A stretch of DNA of 64,000 nt from a virus (IMGVR_UViG_2713896908_000007), one strand, 5' to 3'. Positions 1 to 11,677 are shown, counted from the first letter of the stretch. Numbers and translations are program-made. The notes: generated from the sequence alone by a model not told the origin.

Positions 1-1790
<1,790 letters not shown>

Positions 1791-1819
1791 AAAAAGCCCG
1801 GCGTTCGGGCTTTTCTGTT
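1791..1819. terminator. bidirectional rho-independent terminator between convergent genes
   Basis: A-run, AGCCCG-GCGTT-CGGGCT hairpin, T-run; lies between the two convergent stop codons. Confidence 0.6.
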
Positions 1820-1836
1820 ATGACGGGTTCAATTTT

Positions 1837-2835
1837 TTATCCGTTACCGCGCGACGGTTTCTGCGTGATAAACGTATCAAGCATCTTTTCCGCAATTGCC
1901 GACCAGGTGTGACACTGGACCTTTTCAGCATTTTTCACGCGATCAATGCGAGCAATAACCTCATCCCAATCAATCCGCGACTTGATAACCATATGGTTCA
2001 CCAAAGCCAGGCGATCCGGCGGAAGACAATCGGGCGGCGTTAATATCAACGCCCCACACATTGCCGCCTCAAGAACAGTTAATCCAAGGCTTTCGGGATG
2101 CGTAACGATAAAAACGTCACTCTTACGCAATTCAGCTGCAAATTCGGTTGCTGGTACCGGCGTCCGTCTGTATGGGGTTACCGATATATTCCCTGGATCA
2201 ATGGTAATCAATCCGTCATCGGTCAACGTTCTGGCCTCATACGGAACGGTCAGACGCTGAAGGTTCATAAGGATACTTAAGGAGTGATCAAAACCACTAA
2301 CATCAAATGCAGCGTGGTCTACAAAAATACGCAGAACATCGTCTGTTTTGGTTTCCAGATGGAACAGCTCCTGATTCGCTGCCCATCCAACATGTTTGTT
2401 AAAACGATTATGGCGCTCTAACCTGCCGGGATTATCCAGGTACCGCCAGGTATCATCGCGGACAGTAAAAGTAATATCGACTGGTGCCGAATCCAGCATA
2501 GAACCGTCGTATACCTGGGCTACCCATCCAGTAAATCGACGACGCAGTTGCACGCCTATTTCCCTGGGCACCGTAGTAAAATACCTCAATCCTGGTGCCA
2601 AAATGGCCTTCGCAGAACATGCGGTCGCAGCAGTCAACACAGCTTCAACATAATCCTCCGGGCTTTCGACGCCGGGGGAATATGGACGATGGTATTGCAA
2701 TGTTACCCCAGCCTCACTAAAGGCGCAGGCCAGGTTATAAGCCCACATTTCCGTATATGTTTTCACATCACTGATGGCTTCAAATTTTCGCCCAATGATC
2801 AGGATGTTCATCGGCTTTTCCTCATTCCATTGCAT
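1837..2835 (-). CDS. glycosyltransferase-like protein (GT-B C-terminal half), at the P1 dbn position
   Basis: C-terminal THPESLGLTVLEAAMCGALIL resembles the GT-B E-x7-E region; stop/start overlap with ban. Confidence 0.45.
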   Translation of the reverse strand: MQWNEEKPMNILIIGRKFEAISDVKTYTEMWAYNLACAFSEAGVTLQYHRPYSPGVESPEDYVEAVLTAATACSAKAILAPGLRYFTTVPREIGVQLRRRFTGWVAQVYDGSMLDSAPVDITFTVRDDTWRYLDNPGRLERHNRFNKHVGWAANQELFHLETKTDDVLRIFVDHAAFDVSGFDHSLSILMNLQRLTVPYEARTLTDDGLITIDPGNISVTPYRRTPVPATEFAAELRKSDVFIVTHPESLGLTVLEAAMCGALILTPPDCLPPDRLALVNHMVIKSRIDWDEVIARIDRVKNAEKVQCHTWSAIAEKMLDTFITQKPSRGNG

Positions 2836-4199
2836 TAATAATCCTCTTGCCAGTCAGCACCAGCATAGTTATCAAATCGTGAATACTGGCCGTTAAAAGC
2901 CAATCTCACCGTGCCAATCGGGCCATTTCGTTGCTTACCAATAATCACCTCGGCAATGCCCTTCATTTCGCTATCCGGGTGATAAACCTCGTCGCGATAC
3001 AGAAACATGATCAGGTCTGCGTCCTGTTCAATTGCTCCAGATTCACGCAAATCTGAATTTACCGGTCGTTTGTCCGCACGCTGTTCAAGCGAGCGATTAA
3101 GTTGTGACAATGCCACCACCGGCACCTGTAATTCCTTCGCCAACGCCTTAAGTGAGCGAGAAATCTCGGCAATTTCCAGCGTTCGGTTGTCTTGCAGCTC
3201 GGGGACGCGCATAAGTTGCAGGTAGTCGATCATGATCATGCTCAATCCGCCATTTTCTTTATAAACACGACGAGCACGGGAACGAAGCTCTGTAGGTGTC
3301 AGGGCGCTTGAGTCATCAATAAAAATATTCTGCTTGTCCAACAGAATCCCCATTGCACCAGAAACACGCGCCCAATCCTCGTCGTTAAGTTGCCCCGTTC
3401 TAATACGAGTCTGATCAACACGTGCAAGAGAGGCCAGTGAGCGCATCATCAGCTGGTGGCTTGGCATCTCAAGGCTAAAAACCAATACAGGCTTATCGCT
3501 ACGGACTGCGGCATTTTCGACAAGATTCATCGCAAACGTAGTCTTTCCCATAGATGGGCGGGCGGCGACAATAGTGAGATCGGATGGCTGAAGCCCTGCC
3601 GTCTTCTTATTGAGATCGGTAAATCCGGTATCAAGCCCCGTTACACCATCATGCGGTCGCTGAAACAACTCTTCTATGCGAGATACCGTTGCATCGAGAA
3701 TGCTGGCGATATCTTTTGGACCACTACCGCTCTTTTGTCGTTTTTCAGCTATTTCAAAAACGCGGCGCTCGGCCATATCCAGCAATTCATTGCTGCTCCG
3801 GCCATCCTGCGCATATCCAGCTTCGGCTATTTCATTTGCGACGGAAATCATTTCACGAACAACCGCACGTTCACGAACGATATCCGCATAAGCACAAATA
3901 TTTGCCGCGCTGGGCGTGTTCTTTGACATCTCCGCAAGGTACGCAAAACCACCGGCGCGTTCTAATTTACCGTTCTGTTCAAGTGCTTCAGCAAGTGTTA
4001 TCAAATCAATCGGTTTGCCATGACTTAATAACCTCTCCATCTCACTGAAAATTTCACGATGAGCACTGGTATAAAAATCATCAGCAACTATACGATCTGC
4101 AACTTCATCCCAGCGGCAGTTATCAAGCATTAAGCCACCAAGCACAGCTTGTTCTGCACTAAGGGAATTTGGCATGGATTCAAGAGGGGATGCAGACAT
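2835..4199 (-). CDS. ban: replicative DNA helicase, DnaB family (P1 Ban-like)
   Basis: N-terminal AEQAVLGGLMLDN and Walker A GKTTFAMNL; RecA-like core; likely start is the ATG two codons inside the track ORF, preceded by GGAG. Confidence 0.85.
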   Translation of the reverse strand: MSASPLESMPNSLSAEQAVLGGLMLDNCRWDEVADRIVADDFYTSAHREIFSEMERLLSHGKPIDLITLAEALEQNGKLERAGGFAYLAEMSKNTPSAANICAYADIVRERAVVREMISVANEIAEAGYAQDGRSSNELLDMAERRVFEIAEKRQKSGSGPKDIASILDATVSRIEELFQRPHDGVTGLDTGFTDLNKKTAGLQPSDLTIVAARPSMGKTTFAMNLVENAAVRSDKPVLVFSLEMPSHQLMMRSLASLARVDQTRIRTGQLNDEDWARVSGAMGILLDKQNIFIDDSSALTPTELRSRARRVYKENGGLSMIMIDYLQLMRVPELQDNRTLEIAEISRSLKALAKELQVPVVALSQLNRSLEQRADKRPVNSDLRESGAIEQDADLIMFLYRDEVYHPDSEMKGIAEVIIGKQRNGPIGTVRLAFNGQYSRFDNYAGADWQEDY

Positions 4200-4484
4200 T
4201 AACACTCCACCCTGGTGTGCTGAATGTCAGATATAATCGGCATACTCAAATCACTCCTAACGATATGAGTCATCACCAGAAAATCAGGATTAATGCGCCG
4301 GACTCTTCCCGGCTGTCACACCGAATCGCCAGGATGGTGAGTCCCTGTATCCGCTATCCCTCCAACGGTGACTTGCACATTCCGGCTACCTGGTTTGTTG
4401 CCTGAGCTAGGGGAAAAGGTAACCCCTTTAACGTCACCAGACCGCTAACGACGCATGTGCCAGACGCCGTGTTACAACCAAATG

Positions 4485-4560
4485 TGGTGACCCCTACCGG
4501 ACTTGAACCGGTGACCGTGCGATTATGAGTCGCCAGCTCTAACCACTGAGCTAAAGGGCC
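4485..4560 (-). tRNA. tRNA with anticodon CAU (Ile2-lysidine type or Met)
   Basis: 76-nt cloverleaf GGCCCTT...CTCATAA...GGTTCAAGTCC...CCA; 7-bp acceptor stem; T-loop consensus; encoded CCA. Confidence 0.85.
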
Positions 4561-4563
4561 GGA

Positions 4564-4671
4564 TTACTGTTTCCTAAGTGCTTCAATGGCGCTAACAACG
4601 CCGCCTACAACTATGGCAACAATGATAATGAGAACAATTGGATACTTGTCAGCAAAATCCCAGAAGCCCAT
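4564..4671 (-). CDS. 35-aa hydrophobic single-pass membrane peptide
   Basis: MGFWDFADKYPIVLIIIVAIVVGGVVSAIEALRKQ; start overlaps the upstream stop (TGATG); below the ORF-track size cutoff. Confidence 0.35.
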   Translation of the reverse strand: MGFWDFADKYPIVLIIIVAIVVGGVVSAIEALRKQ

Positions 4672-4835
4672 CACTGATCCTTCGAAGCTGTTTTAAATAT
4701 CGGCCATACCAATGTTACAGCCACTGCCACCAACGCCCCGTCCGATAAAACTGACAGGATTGTGCTGGTGAAATCCACCAGCACGGACAGCAAGAGAAAA
4801 CCAATGGCGATTGCGATACGTGCCTTGCTTGCCAT
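4671..4835 (-). CDS. 54-aa hydrophobic membrane peptide
   Basis: MASKARIAIAIGFLLLSVLVDFTSTILSVLSDGALVAVAVTLVWPIFKTASKDQ; ATG overlaps the TerB-like stop (TAATG). Confidence 0.35.
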   Translation of the reverse strand: MASKARIAIAIGFLLLSVLVDFTSTILSVLSDGALVAVAVTLVWPIFKTASKDQ

Positions 4836-5269
4836 TACAGATAATCTTCCACACGAAGACCTAAACGACGGCCTACTTCTTCCAGTACTTTGTGTTCTGC
4901 TGGCTCGATTTCACCGTCCGCTTCTGCAATCGTCAGCATGTTAACGAATACTTCTTCCGCTTCTTTTGGGTCGTTTTTGATATCTTCAATTTCGCGAAGG
5001 ATATTCATGCGACCAACACGGAAGCCAGCTTCCAGTTGCTCGGTAAAGCGGGTAATTGTTGCGGTAATTTCGTTACCAAAATGACTAAGACGCGGATTAG
5101 AGCGGATAAGCTGATCAAGTTTCGCTGTTTCTTCTTTTTTGATTTCACCATCAGCGGCAGACACCAACAAACAGCCACCGATAATGGCCTCCATCAGATC
5201 GCGATTCTCAACTTTTTTCAGCTCTACTTTTGCAGAAGCGACTTTCTTGCCGAACAATTTACCGAACAT
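4835..5269 (-). CDS. TerB-like (tellurite-resistance domain) protein
   Basis: 144 aa with paired acidic DGE motifs (AADGEIKKEE, AEADGEIEPAEH) typical of the TerB fold; first gene of a coupled operon. Confidence 0.55.
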   Translation of the reverse strand: MFGKLFGKKVASAKVELKKVENRDLMEAIIGGCLLVSAADGEIKKEETAKLDQLIRSNPRLSHFGNEITATITRFTEQLEAGFRVGRMNILREIEDIKNDPKEAEEVFVNMLTIAEADGEIEPAEHKVLEEVGRRLGLRVEDYL

Positions 5270-5531
5270 TGGTTATCCCTCAATAAAAGTGACATATTTA
5301 TTAGATTGCGGTGCCGGGTGCCTCCCGGTGACGTTAACCAGTTAACAATTAACGCCGGAATGTTTAATCATCAAGGAGGATTGTTTTAACTGTTCCGCGT
5401 GCGCTTAGCCGAATTCACCGCAATGGTAAGAGCACTTGGCTGGCTGGGCGGCGATGACGCCTGTACGCATTTGGTGATCCGGTTCTGCTTCCGGCATTCG
5501 CTTAATTAGCCAAATACTCTTAACGTTGCGC

Positions 5532-5618
5532 TGGTGGAGAGTAATGGAATCGAACCATCATCGCTTGCGCAATGGGACGGTTTTCAAGACCGCTTGAGCG
5601 CCATACTCCCTACTCTCC
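5532..5618 (-). tRNA. tRNA-Ser (anticodon UGA), type II with long variable arm
   Basis: 87 nt; anticodon loop CTTGAAA; variable arm ATTGC-GCAA-GCGAT hairpin; T-loop TTCGATT; encoded CCA. Confidence 0.7.
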
Positions 5619-5859
5619 AATGATTGTGGTGGTCGGTGCTGATCTCCGACTGCGCCTCTTTTTTTCATAGCCCATAAGGCCGGTCAGTGCGCTTGATGAC
5701 TGAGGCATCGATATTTACTACGCCGCCTCGTTGCCATAGGGCGGACTTGCGCGCCAGCAACGCGCATTCACCACAACGGAAAGAGCATTCACGTCTCGCA
5801 TCGCGGGAAAAAGCCCACGGTAGAGAGTCGAACTCTACAAATGCTCTTACCTGTTGTGC

Positions 5860-5992
5860 TGGTGCCGGTTAACGGATTCGAACCGCTGACCTCTGGCCTA
5901 ACATCGAATCGTTGTCATTTGACCAGCAAGGCTGTCTACCGAAGTAGAAACGATGCTTTGGCTCTCGTGCTCTCCCACTGAGCTAAACCGGC
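5860..5992 (-). tRNA. atypical 133-nt tRNA-like gene: tRNA 5' and 3' portions separated by about 57 nt of inserted sequence
   Basis: 5' GCCGGTT-TA-GCTC-AGTGGGA-GAGC (acceptor and D arm); 3' AGCGG-TTCGAAT-CCGTT-AACCGGC-A-CCA; acceptor halves pair; no canonical anticodon arm found. Confidence 0.35.
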
Positions 5993-5994
5993 AT

Positions 5995-6070
5995 TGGCGA
6001 TGGTGGGTGGATTCGAACCACCGACCAGTTAGTTAACAGCCAACTGCTCTAACCGCTGAGCTACACCATC
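5995..6070 (-). tRNA. tRNA-Asn (anticodon GUU)
   Basis: 76-nt cloverleaf GATGGTG...CTGTTAA...GGTTCGAATCC...CACCATC-G-CCA. Confidence 0.85.
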
Positions 6071-6730
6071 ACTTGCCGGGTACGTCTCCGGCGAGGGCTT
6101 CCACCTCCGTATGCTTTTCGGCGCACCGCGCCCTGGCTGCAATTCGGTAACAGGGGATGCATAACCCTGGCTTCCAGCGTGATTAGCGCTTTCAGCATGA
6201 CGGGATATACCCGTAAATTCGTGGAACTGTACCCAAAGTGCTGTTAAGCACCGCTGTTACGCTGAAAAGAAGACGCAACAGGAAAGGACGCTGACCAACA
6301 GATGGCCCCTTCTCGTTCATCTGGTTAATCACACCAGCGCCCTTACCTGTTGTGCCTCCCCGTTCCCTAATACACAGACGGGGACACTCTGCGGTCGATT
6401 TTTTGACGGGGGACGACTCATACCCCGTGGCGTCTGGCTTCTTAGGCCGCAGCCATCATCAGATCATCGTTTGCATTTACTTTAATGGTCAGTTTCTAAA
6501 CCGCCGCAAAGTCGCTAACCATGACGAAAACCCTGAAAAAACGCCCACCCGAAGATGGGCAAACAGGATGTAAGCTCGTTACGCATTTCGGTATTGCCAC
6601 TTAGGCGTATGGTCAACCTGGCAACTCGGCGTCATGAGGGGGAAGGAGTCACTACCCCGCCATACTTGCCGCCGCGCCTGTCGCGGCTAACAGCTAAATC
6701 GCTCTATAAATCACGATTCATTGAAACCAT

Positions 6731-6758
6731 ATTACACTAATAAATTTATTAGAGCAAT
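6731..6758. promoter_or_regulatory. pair of overlapping, inverted P1 C1-repressor-type operators
   Basis: AAATTTATTAGAGCAAT (17/17 to the remembered consensus ATTGCTCTAATAAATTT, reverse orientation) overlapping ATTACACTAATAAATTT (15/17). Confidence 0.6.
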
Positions 6759-9700
6759 ATAGCAATAACGTCATGAGCTACACCACGAGTGTTCCCCTTA
6801 CAAGACACAGAACGTCTGGCAAAAAGAGGTTCCACTCTGAAGCCACTGTCTTGGTAAAGCTCCCTGATGTTTGGCGCACCACTATTAGTAATGAGGATCT
6901 TTGCACCTCGGCGATGAGCATCCATTAGCAGAGATACCAGGCGTTTTTGCTCTTCAAACTTAAAGTCATGACCGGAATAGTTTGTAAACCCCTCTGTATT
7001 GGGGAGCGGTTCATACGGAGGATCGCAAAAGATGACATCTCCTTCTCCGGCAGCTTCAATCACCGCTGAAAAATCACCACATACAAACTCAGAACGCCCT
7101 TCAGCACCAAGGAAGGCTTCCATCTCCTGTAATGGGAAATACGGAGTTTTATACTTCCCATAACCAACATTAAACTCACCGGCCTGGTTGTAACGCGTCA
7201 ATCCGTTAAAACAATGTCGGTTCAGGAACAAAAACGCTGCTGCACGATGTAAATCATCATAGGCTTGTTTGTTAAACGCATTCCGTACTGCCAGGTATCC
7301 TTCCTGTGTGTTGTAGTCCTGGAAAAACCGATGCGCCAGAGTGATAAGTGAATGACCCTCACGTTGCAGAGTCCTGTAAAAGTTAATCAGGTCAGCATTC
7401 ACATCATTTAGCAGATTTTCTTGATATCCGGCATTTATGAAGACAGCTCCGCCACCAACGAAAGGCTCGATCAGGCGCTTTCCGTCAGGTAAATGCCTAA
7501 AGATTTGTTCAAGAACACCAAATTTTCCGCCGACCCATTTAAATATGGGACGGTCAAATTCTGCCGTTAGCTTAACTCTCCGTTCTGTTGCTTCATGATT
7601 TTTTGCCTGCTGATATGCAGCCTTAATAATCCGCTCACCAATCCATCGCATTACTGGTATCGCCATGCTATTGCCGATCGCTTTGTAACGCGGTCCGTCA
7701 GCTGCAAGCATCGCGGCCTCTTCTTCGCTTAAATCTGGATAGTGATTGCGAAGGTATGCCAGTTCATCTGAAGTAACTTTTTTACGCTTTTCCGTCGGGA
7801 TCAACGTATGCCCATCAGGAAAACCTTGCAGTCTTTCACATTCGACAGGGGTAAGACGGCGGACAGCTACTGCTGCGTTTCCTACGTCATAGCAAACGGC
7901 TGTTGTATTTTTGGCCATTAAAGATGGTGAAGTATTCTTAGTTGCAGCATGTTGTGTACCGCTCATACGCTCAGGAAAAGCCAATGTAACAAGATGCTCA
8001 TGGCTTTCTTGCTCACGTGCCCGCAATGTACCATGCCCTTCTGACCAAAAACCTGCTCCTGTGCTGCTAAAAACTGCAAGGTCAGTGGCATCTTTAAAGT
8101 CTCTCGCCTTTACTGTCGATGCGGTTTCATCGCCAATATATTCCCCAAATGCCGCCATCCTGAAAGCGTTTACGGCTTTCGTCGATTTCATACCGGGGGT
8201 AATGTCAGCGTGTAGGCATGGATTTAGGCTTTCGCCACTGATTGCAGCGCCATTTGCAATAATGGCGGAAGCGATTTCCTTCTTTTTTCGGCTCGGCGCA
8301 ATATTCCGGCGCACGCCTTCGAACTCAAAAAGTACCGTTGCGGGATCGAGGTCTGTTCGAGCACTTGCGACAACAAACACGCGTCGGCGTCGTTGTGCCA
8401 CTCCGAAGTATTGGGCATCAAGGATTCTCCAGGCCACCTTTCGCTGCGGTCCATAAATACAACCACACTGCGGCCACTTTGGAGCATGGCAACCGGTTTT
8501 GCCATCCCACCGCCAGAACGCGTTACTTTTTCCTGATTCAGGTCGATCACCTGGTTCAAATGGCGCATCTTCTCCAGCCAATCCGGCAAGGAAACATCCG
8601 AAGGCGTTATCTGCCGATGACAAGACTCCTGGGACATTTTCCCAGACGATAACGGCTGGTTTGAGAAATGACTCAGCCCGTTTGTCGTCAATTGCATTTG
8701 CAAGCTCCACATACTTTAAAGTTAGCGCGCCACGCTCATCATCAAGCCCACCACGTAATCCCGCGATACTGAATGCCTGACAGTTATGGACCACCGCACC
8801 ATTGAGAATATAGGAATGATCACCTTCGACTTCTATGTTGTATACAGTATCTAGGCCTACCGATTTAAACTCTTTGACTGTTCGTAAAAGCATTCCATGA
8901 GCCAATCTTGATTTACGTGACAATTTCTGCGGGCAGATTGTTACCTGATAATAATTCCGTTGATTTACCACGCGATCCTCGATCACTTTTTTGGGCTCAA
9001 CTTCAATAAAGCTGACCGAAGAAACATAACCACAAGTCTGTGACACCCCCGCAACGCCCCAAGCAAGCGCAGGACTAACACTATTAATTCTAAATCCCGC
9101 TTTACCACTTGGTGTCCCATCAGTATCAAGATAGCCTTGTAAAAACACATGACGCAATGGATGCGACATCACCCATGCAGGGATACGCTTAGCATGGCTT
9201 AACTCGCCAAAATGTTCATTAAGCCAATTGGCATAACACGTATCATTCAAGGTTACTTTGATGCTCCCTCGGATTTCTCTTGCCACGGAAAATATGTTTT
9301 CTGGTATGCGACAATGAAACTTTCTCAATTTCTGGCAATTTATGCCAAAAACAACCGCCTTCTTAGATTTACCTCTCCATCTCCTAATATATCCATCGCC
9401 AACATAAGCGCCCGCAAGATACATAGCCTGTTCTTCAGACAAGAACCGAGAACAAATATCTGGAGATGCAATATTGAAATTAGTTAGAGCGCACCATTGA
9501 TATCCTGGCATATCACATGCTGCTCGCCATTCCGGTTCAGACAACAACTCTCTCTTAAAATATGTGCCATTTTTCCGGGTGTTTTGGGCTTTCCACCGAA
9601 CAGCCAGGAAGGGATGGTCATTGGTTGTTCTTATACCTAAAGGCTGCCCAACGGCATTAAGTAACCCCGTATTAGCTATTTTTGAACCAACTCTTTTTAC

Positions 9701-10036
9701 TTGTTGTAACCGCCCGAGATGACTGACTACGTAATCGCCAGGGCAAACATCTTCTATTGGTTTATAACCATTTTTACAAAGAACCATATGCCCCGCGGTA
9801 AAACATGGTGTTCCCCCGACGAGCACGTCAGGGGATTCGATTTCCCCAGCCAGGACTTTTTTGGCAAGTTTAGTCATGTCGTCAAGGTTGGCGACATGGG
9901 GCCAGCGGTGCGCAAGAACGGCCGATGGAAAAGACTCGATTTCAGCAAACCACGCCGGACGCATACCCAACGGTTCCCAGGCAATACTCGCGGCTTCAAT
10001 TCCACTGCAAACAGATCCATAGCACAGCTCTTTCAC
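6749..10036 (-). CDS. dmt: bifunctional DNA methyltransferase (N-terminal C5-cytosine MTase, C-terminal Dam-like N6-adenine MTase) with an intein
   Basis: C5 motifs ([30 protein letters not shown]) then Dam motifs ([22 protein letters not shown]); GTG start overlaps the hrdC stop. Confidence 0.85.
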   Translation of the reverse strand: MKELCYGSVCSGIEAASIAWEPLGMRPAWFAEIESFPSAVLAHRWPHVANLDDMTKLAKKVLAGEIESPDVLVGGTPCFTAGHMVLCKNGYKPIEDVCPGDYVVSHLGRLQQVKRVGSKIANTGLLNAVGQPLGIRTTNDHPFLAVRWKAQNTRKNGTYFKRELLSEPEWRAACDMPGYQWCALTNFNIASPDICSRFLSEEQAMYLAGAYVGDGYIRRWRGKSKKAVVFGINCQKLRKFHCRIPENIFSVAREIRGSIKVTLNDTCYANWLNEHFGELSHAKRIPAWVMSHPLRHVFLQGYLDTDGTPSGKAGFRINSVSPALAWGVAGVSQTCGYVSSVSFIEVEPKKVIEDRVVNQRNYYQVTICPQKLSRKSRLAHGMLLRTVKEFKSVGLDTVYNIEVEGDHSYILNGAVVHNCQAFSIAGLRGGLDDERGALTLKYVELANAIDDKRAESFLKPAVIVWENVPGVLSSADNAFGCFLAGLAGEDAPFEPGDRPESGKSNAFWRWDGKTGCHAPKWPQCGCIYGPQRKVAWRILDAQYFGVAQRRRRVFVVASARTDLDPATVLFEFEGVRRNIAPSRKKKEIASAIIANGAAISGESLNPCLHADITPGMKSTKAVNAFRMAAFGEYIGDETASTVKARDFKDATDLAVFSSTGAGFWSEGHGTLRAREQESHEHLVTLAFPERMSGTQHAATKNTSPSLMAKNTTAVCYDVGNAAVAVRRLTPVECERLQGFPDGHTLIPTEKRKKVTSDELAYLRNHYPDLSEEEAAMLAADGPRYKAIGNSMAIPVMRWIGERIIKAAYQQAKNHEATERRVKLTAEFDRPIFKWVGGKFGVLEQIFRHLPDGKRLIEPFVGGGAVFINAGYQENLLNDVNADLINFYRTLQREGHSLITLAHRFFQDYNTQEGYLAVRNAFNKQAYDDLHRAAAFLFLNRHCFNGLTRYNQAGEFNVGYGKYKTPYFPLQEMEAFLGAEGRSEFVCGDFSAVIEAAGEGDVIFCDPPYEPLPNTEGFTNYSGHDFKFEEQKRLVSLLMDAHRRGAKILITNSGAPNIRELYQDSGFRVEPLFARRSVSCKGNTRGVAHDVIAILL
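8783..9805 (-). other. intein (341 aa) with LAGLIDADG homing-endonuclease motifs, inserted before the catalytic Cys of C5-MTase motif IV
   Basis: GGTP|CFTAGHMVL...TNDHPF...[10 protein letters not shown]...[10 protein letters not shown]...[13 protein letters not shown]|CQAFSIAG; excision restores [12 protein letters not shown]. Confidence 0.8.
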
Positions 10037-10938
10037 TGCTTAGCCTCTCCACCAAGGGCATTTACCAGAGCATCAACCAGGCACGAAATTTCACTGGTCA
10101 ACAGGAAGAAATCTGCGTCCAGTCGCTGCGCGACATCTTCACTATCAATATCAGAGTTCTGCTCAAGCAATTCATCCGCAAATTTGACGCTGGTAAGGCT
10201 GAAGTTATGGTCCAGTGTAAATTTAATGCGGTTCTGCCAGTCGAGTGCCAACTTAGTGACGAGCTTGCCAGCTTCCAGGTGTGTGGAAATTTCATCGCTT
10301 CCCAAATCCTGCTTTTTCACTCGGGCAATACCGCCATCCTCAAGCACTGCCTTAAGTTCTGCCGCATCCCCCATTTGAAATCCCTGTGGAGCACTACCAT
10401 CACGTACCCAGTCGGTCAGCGTTAATTCAATGGGATTTTCAACACTTAGGGGAACAACAGGAAGAGAACCCAGAGATTTACGCATAAGCGCGAGCATATC
10501 CTCTGCCTGCCGCGCGCTGGCATTGATATAGATACGTTTAGTTGAACCGTCGTAGATCGCCTGGATAACAGAAAACTTTGAAAAAGCCCGTGGCAGAAGA
10601 GAATGCAGAACTTCGTCTTTCAGGGAGTCCTTCTCTGTTTTCTTCAGTTTACGCGCTTGTTCTTGCTCAAGTTTTCCAATTTTTTCTTGAATAGCTCGCT
10701 GGATAACCGGCGGGGGAAGAATTTTTGTTTCGCGCTTTGCTTCAACAAGGATAAAACCATTTCCATGCATAGCGATAACTTCGGAATTATCACCAAATGG
10801 CGATACAAAACCGAACTTGGCCATATCCTGACTACCGCATGGCGTGAAAAGGATCATTTTCGTTTTATCTTCTAAGTCGGTCAGATCCGCCTCACGAGAA
10901 AGTTTATAAATAGTAATGTTTTTCCAGTGCTTAAACAT
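10033..10938 (-). CDS. hrdC: recombination-associated protein RdgC homologue
   Basis: Collinear with remembered E. coli RdgC ([40 protein letters not shown]); start ATG at 10938 overlaps the upstream stop. Confidence 0.85.
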   Translation of the reverse strand: MFKHWKNITIYKLSREADLTDLEDKTKMILFTPCGSQDMAKFGFVSPFGDNSEVIAMHGNGFILVEAKRETKILPPPVIQRAIQEKIGKLEQEQARKLKKTEKDSLKDEVLHSLLPRAFSKFSVIQAIYDGSTKRIYINASARQAEDMLALMRKSLGSLPVVPLSVENPIELTLTDWVRDGSAPQGFQMGDAAELKAVLEDGGIARVKKQDLGSDEISTHLEAGKLVTKLALDWQNRIKFTLDHNFSLTSVKFADELLEQNSDIDSEDVAQRLDADFFLLTSEISCLVDALVNALGGEAKQ

Positions 10939-11287
10939 GTTGTAACCCTTGAATATCAACCACAGAAAGCTCGTCTTTGTAGAAAAATGCCAGGTTGTGG
11001 CCCCCCCTCGTTTGAGCGTATGAGCTGGGACCAATTTCGTTCTTCCAGACAAATGGCTTCAAATCCGTACGGCGAAGCATAAAAACGCGATTTGTTCCGC
11101 TCTGATTCCCAATGAGGCAAAAGCCTTCTTTCACCTTGATAGCCTGCAAGTTGTCGAGTTCACCGCTGGTTACACGGCTATCGAACTCCTTGCGGCTTAT
11201 TAGCTCCATCTGCATCTGACGACTCCAAACAAATGCCCATTGAAGGGCGATGGCTGAATAGTACCGAAAACACGACATAAAAAACAA
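10931..11287 (-). CDS. small protein upstream of hrdC (uhr-like); true start probably an internal Met
   Basis: ORF coupled to hrdC; the track start is a TTG inside the operator, so MQMELISRK is more plausible. Confidence 0.4.
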   Translation of the reverse strand: MFFMSCFRYYSAIALQWAFVWSRQMQMELISRKEFDSRVTSGELDNLQAIKVKEGFCLIGNQSGTNRVFMLRRTDLKPFVWKNEIGPSSYAQTRGGHNLAFFYKDELSVVDIQGLQHV

Positions 11288-11303
11288 TATTCATTAGAGC
11301 AAT
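11287..11303. promoter_or_regulatory. C1-type operator upstream of the uhr-hrdC-dmt operon
   Basis: ATATTCATTAGAGCAAT, 15/17 to the reverse-orientation consensus. Confidence 0.5.
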
Positions 11304-11384
11304 TTTACAGCAAGTGAATGCCATGTAGACCACAAACAACCTAAGTTAAAATAACGAAAATCAGAGCAAATCATTGGTGATGAC

Positions 11385-11669
11385 GTGACAAGTATTGCAA
11401 CAAAAGACAGCATTTGTTCGGGGCACGGAGGATTCCCATCCAGACCTCCTGTAGAGAGTGAACCACTACTTAAAGTCAACGGAGTCGAAGTGTTAGTTGA
11501 TGGTAAGCAATATGCACAGCATACCGATGGAAACAGTACGCACGGTGGGCAAGCTATATCAACTAGGGCATGGTTTACCGTCAATGGTAAAGGGGTCGTA
11601 TGCGTTGGTGACCCTGTTTCATGCGGCTCTACCGTAGCGTCAGGAGACGCCCTGGTTCAGGTAAGTTAG
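11385..11669 (+). CDS. small Gly/Cys-containing protein, possibly PAAR-like
   Basis: 94-aa ORF with GTG start; SICSGHGG and VCVGDPVSCGS motifs; assignment weak. Confidence 0.3.
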   Translation: MTSIATKDSICSGHGGFPSRPPVESEPLLKVNGVEVLVDGKQYAQHTDGNSTHGGQAISTRAWFTVNGKGVVCVGDPVSCGSTVASGDALVQVS

Positions 11670-11677
11670 GAGATATC

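Noticed and set aside
2835-4199. Checked ban (DnaB helicase) for an intein, since DnaB is a classic intein host
   Set aside because: The protein is normal length with contiguous helicase motifs; the only intein signal in the window is in dmt.
5295-5311. Possible C1 operator upstream of the TerB-like gene (ATATTTATTAGATTGCG)
   Set aside because: Only about 10-11 of 17 positions match; too weak to call without a binding matrix.
5750-5860. Short hairpin AGAGT-CGA-ACTCT and T-loop-like GAGTTCGACTC near 5820 as another tRNA
   Set aside because: No acceptor stem, D arm or anticodon arm can be built around it; at most a tRNA fragment.
7911-8780. Several plus-strand ORFs (7911-8456, 8338-8652, 8499-8780) inside dmt
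   Set aside because: They are antisense to a gene with strong motif support, are low-complexity (Arg/Pro/Ser-rich) and lack ribosome-binding sites.
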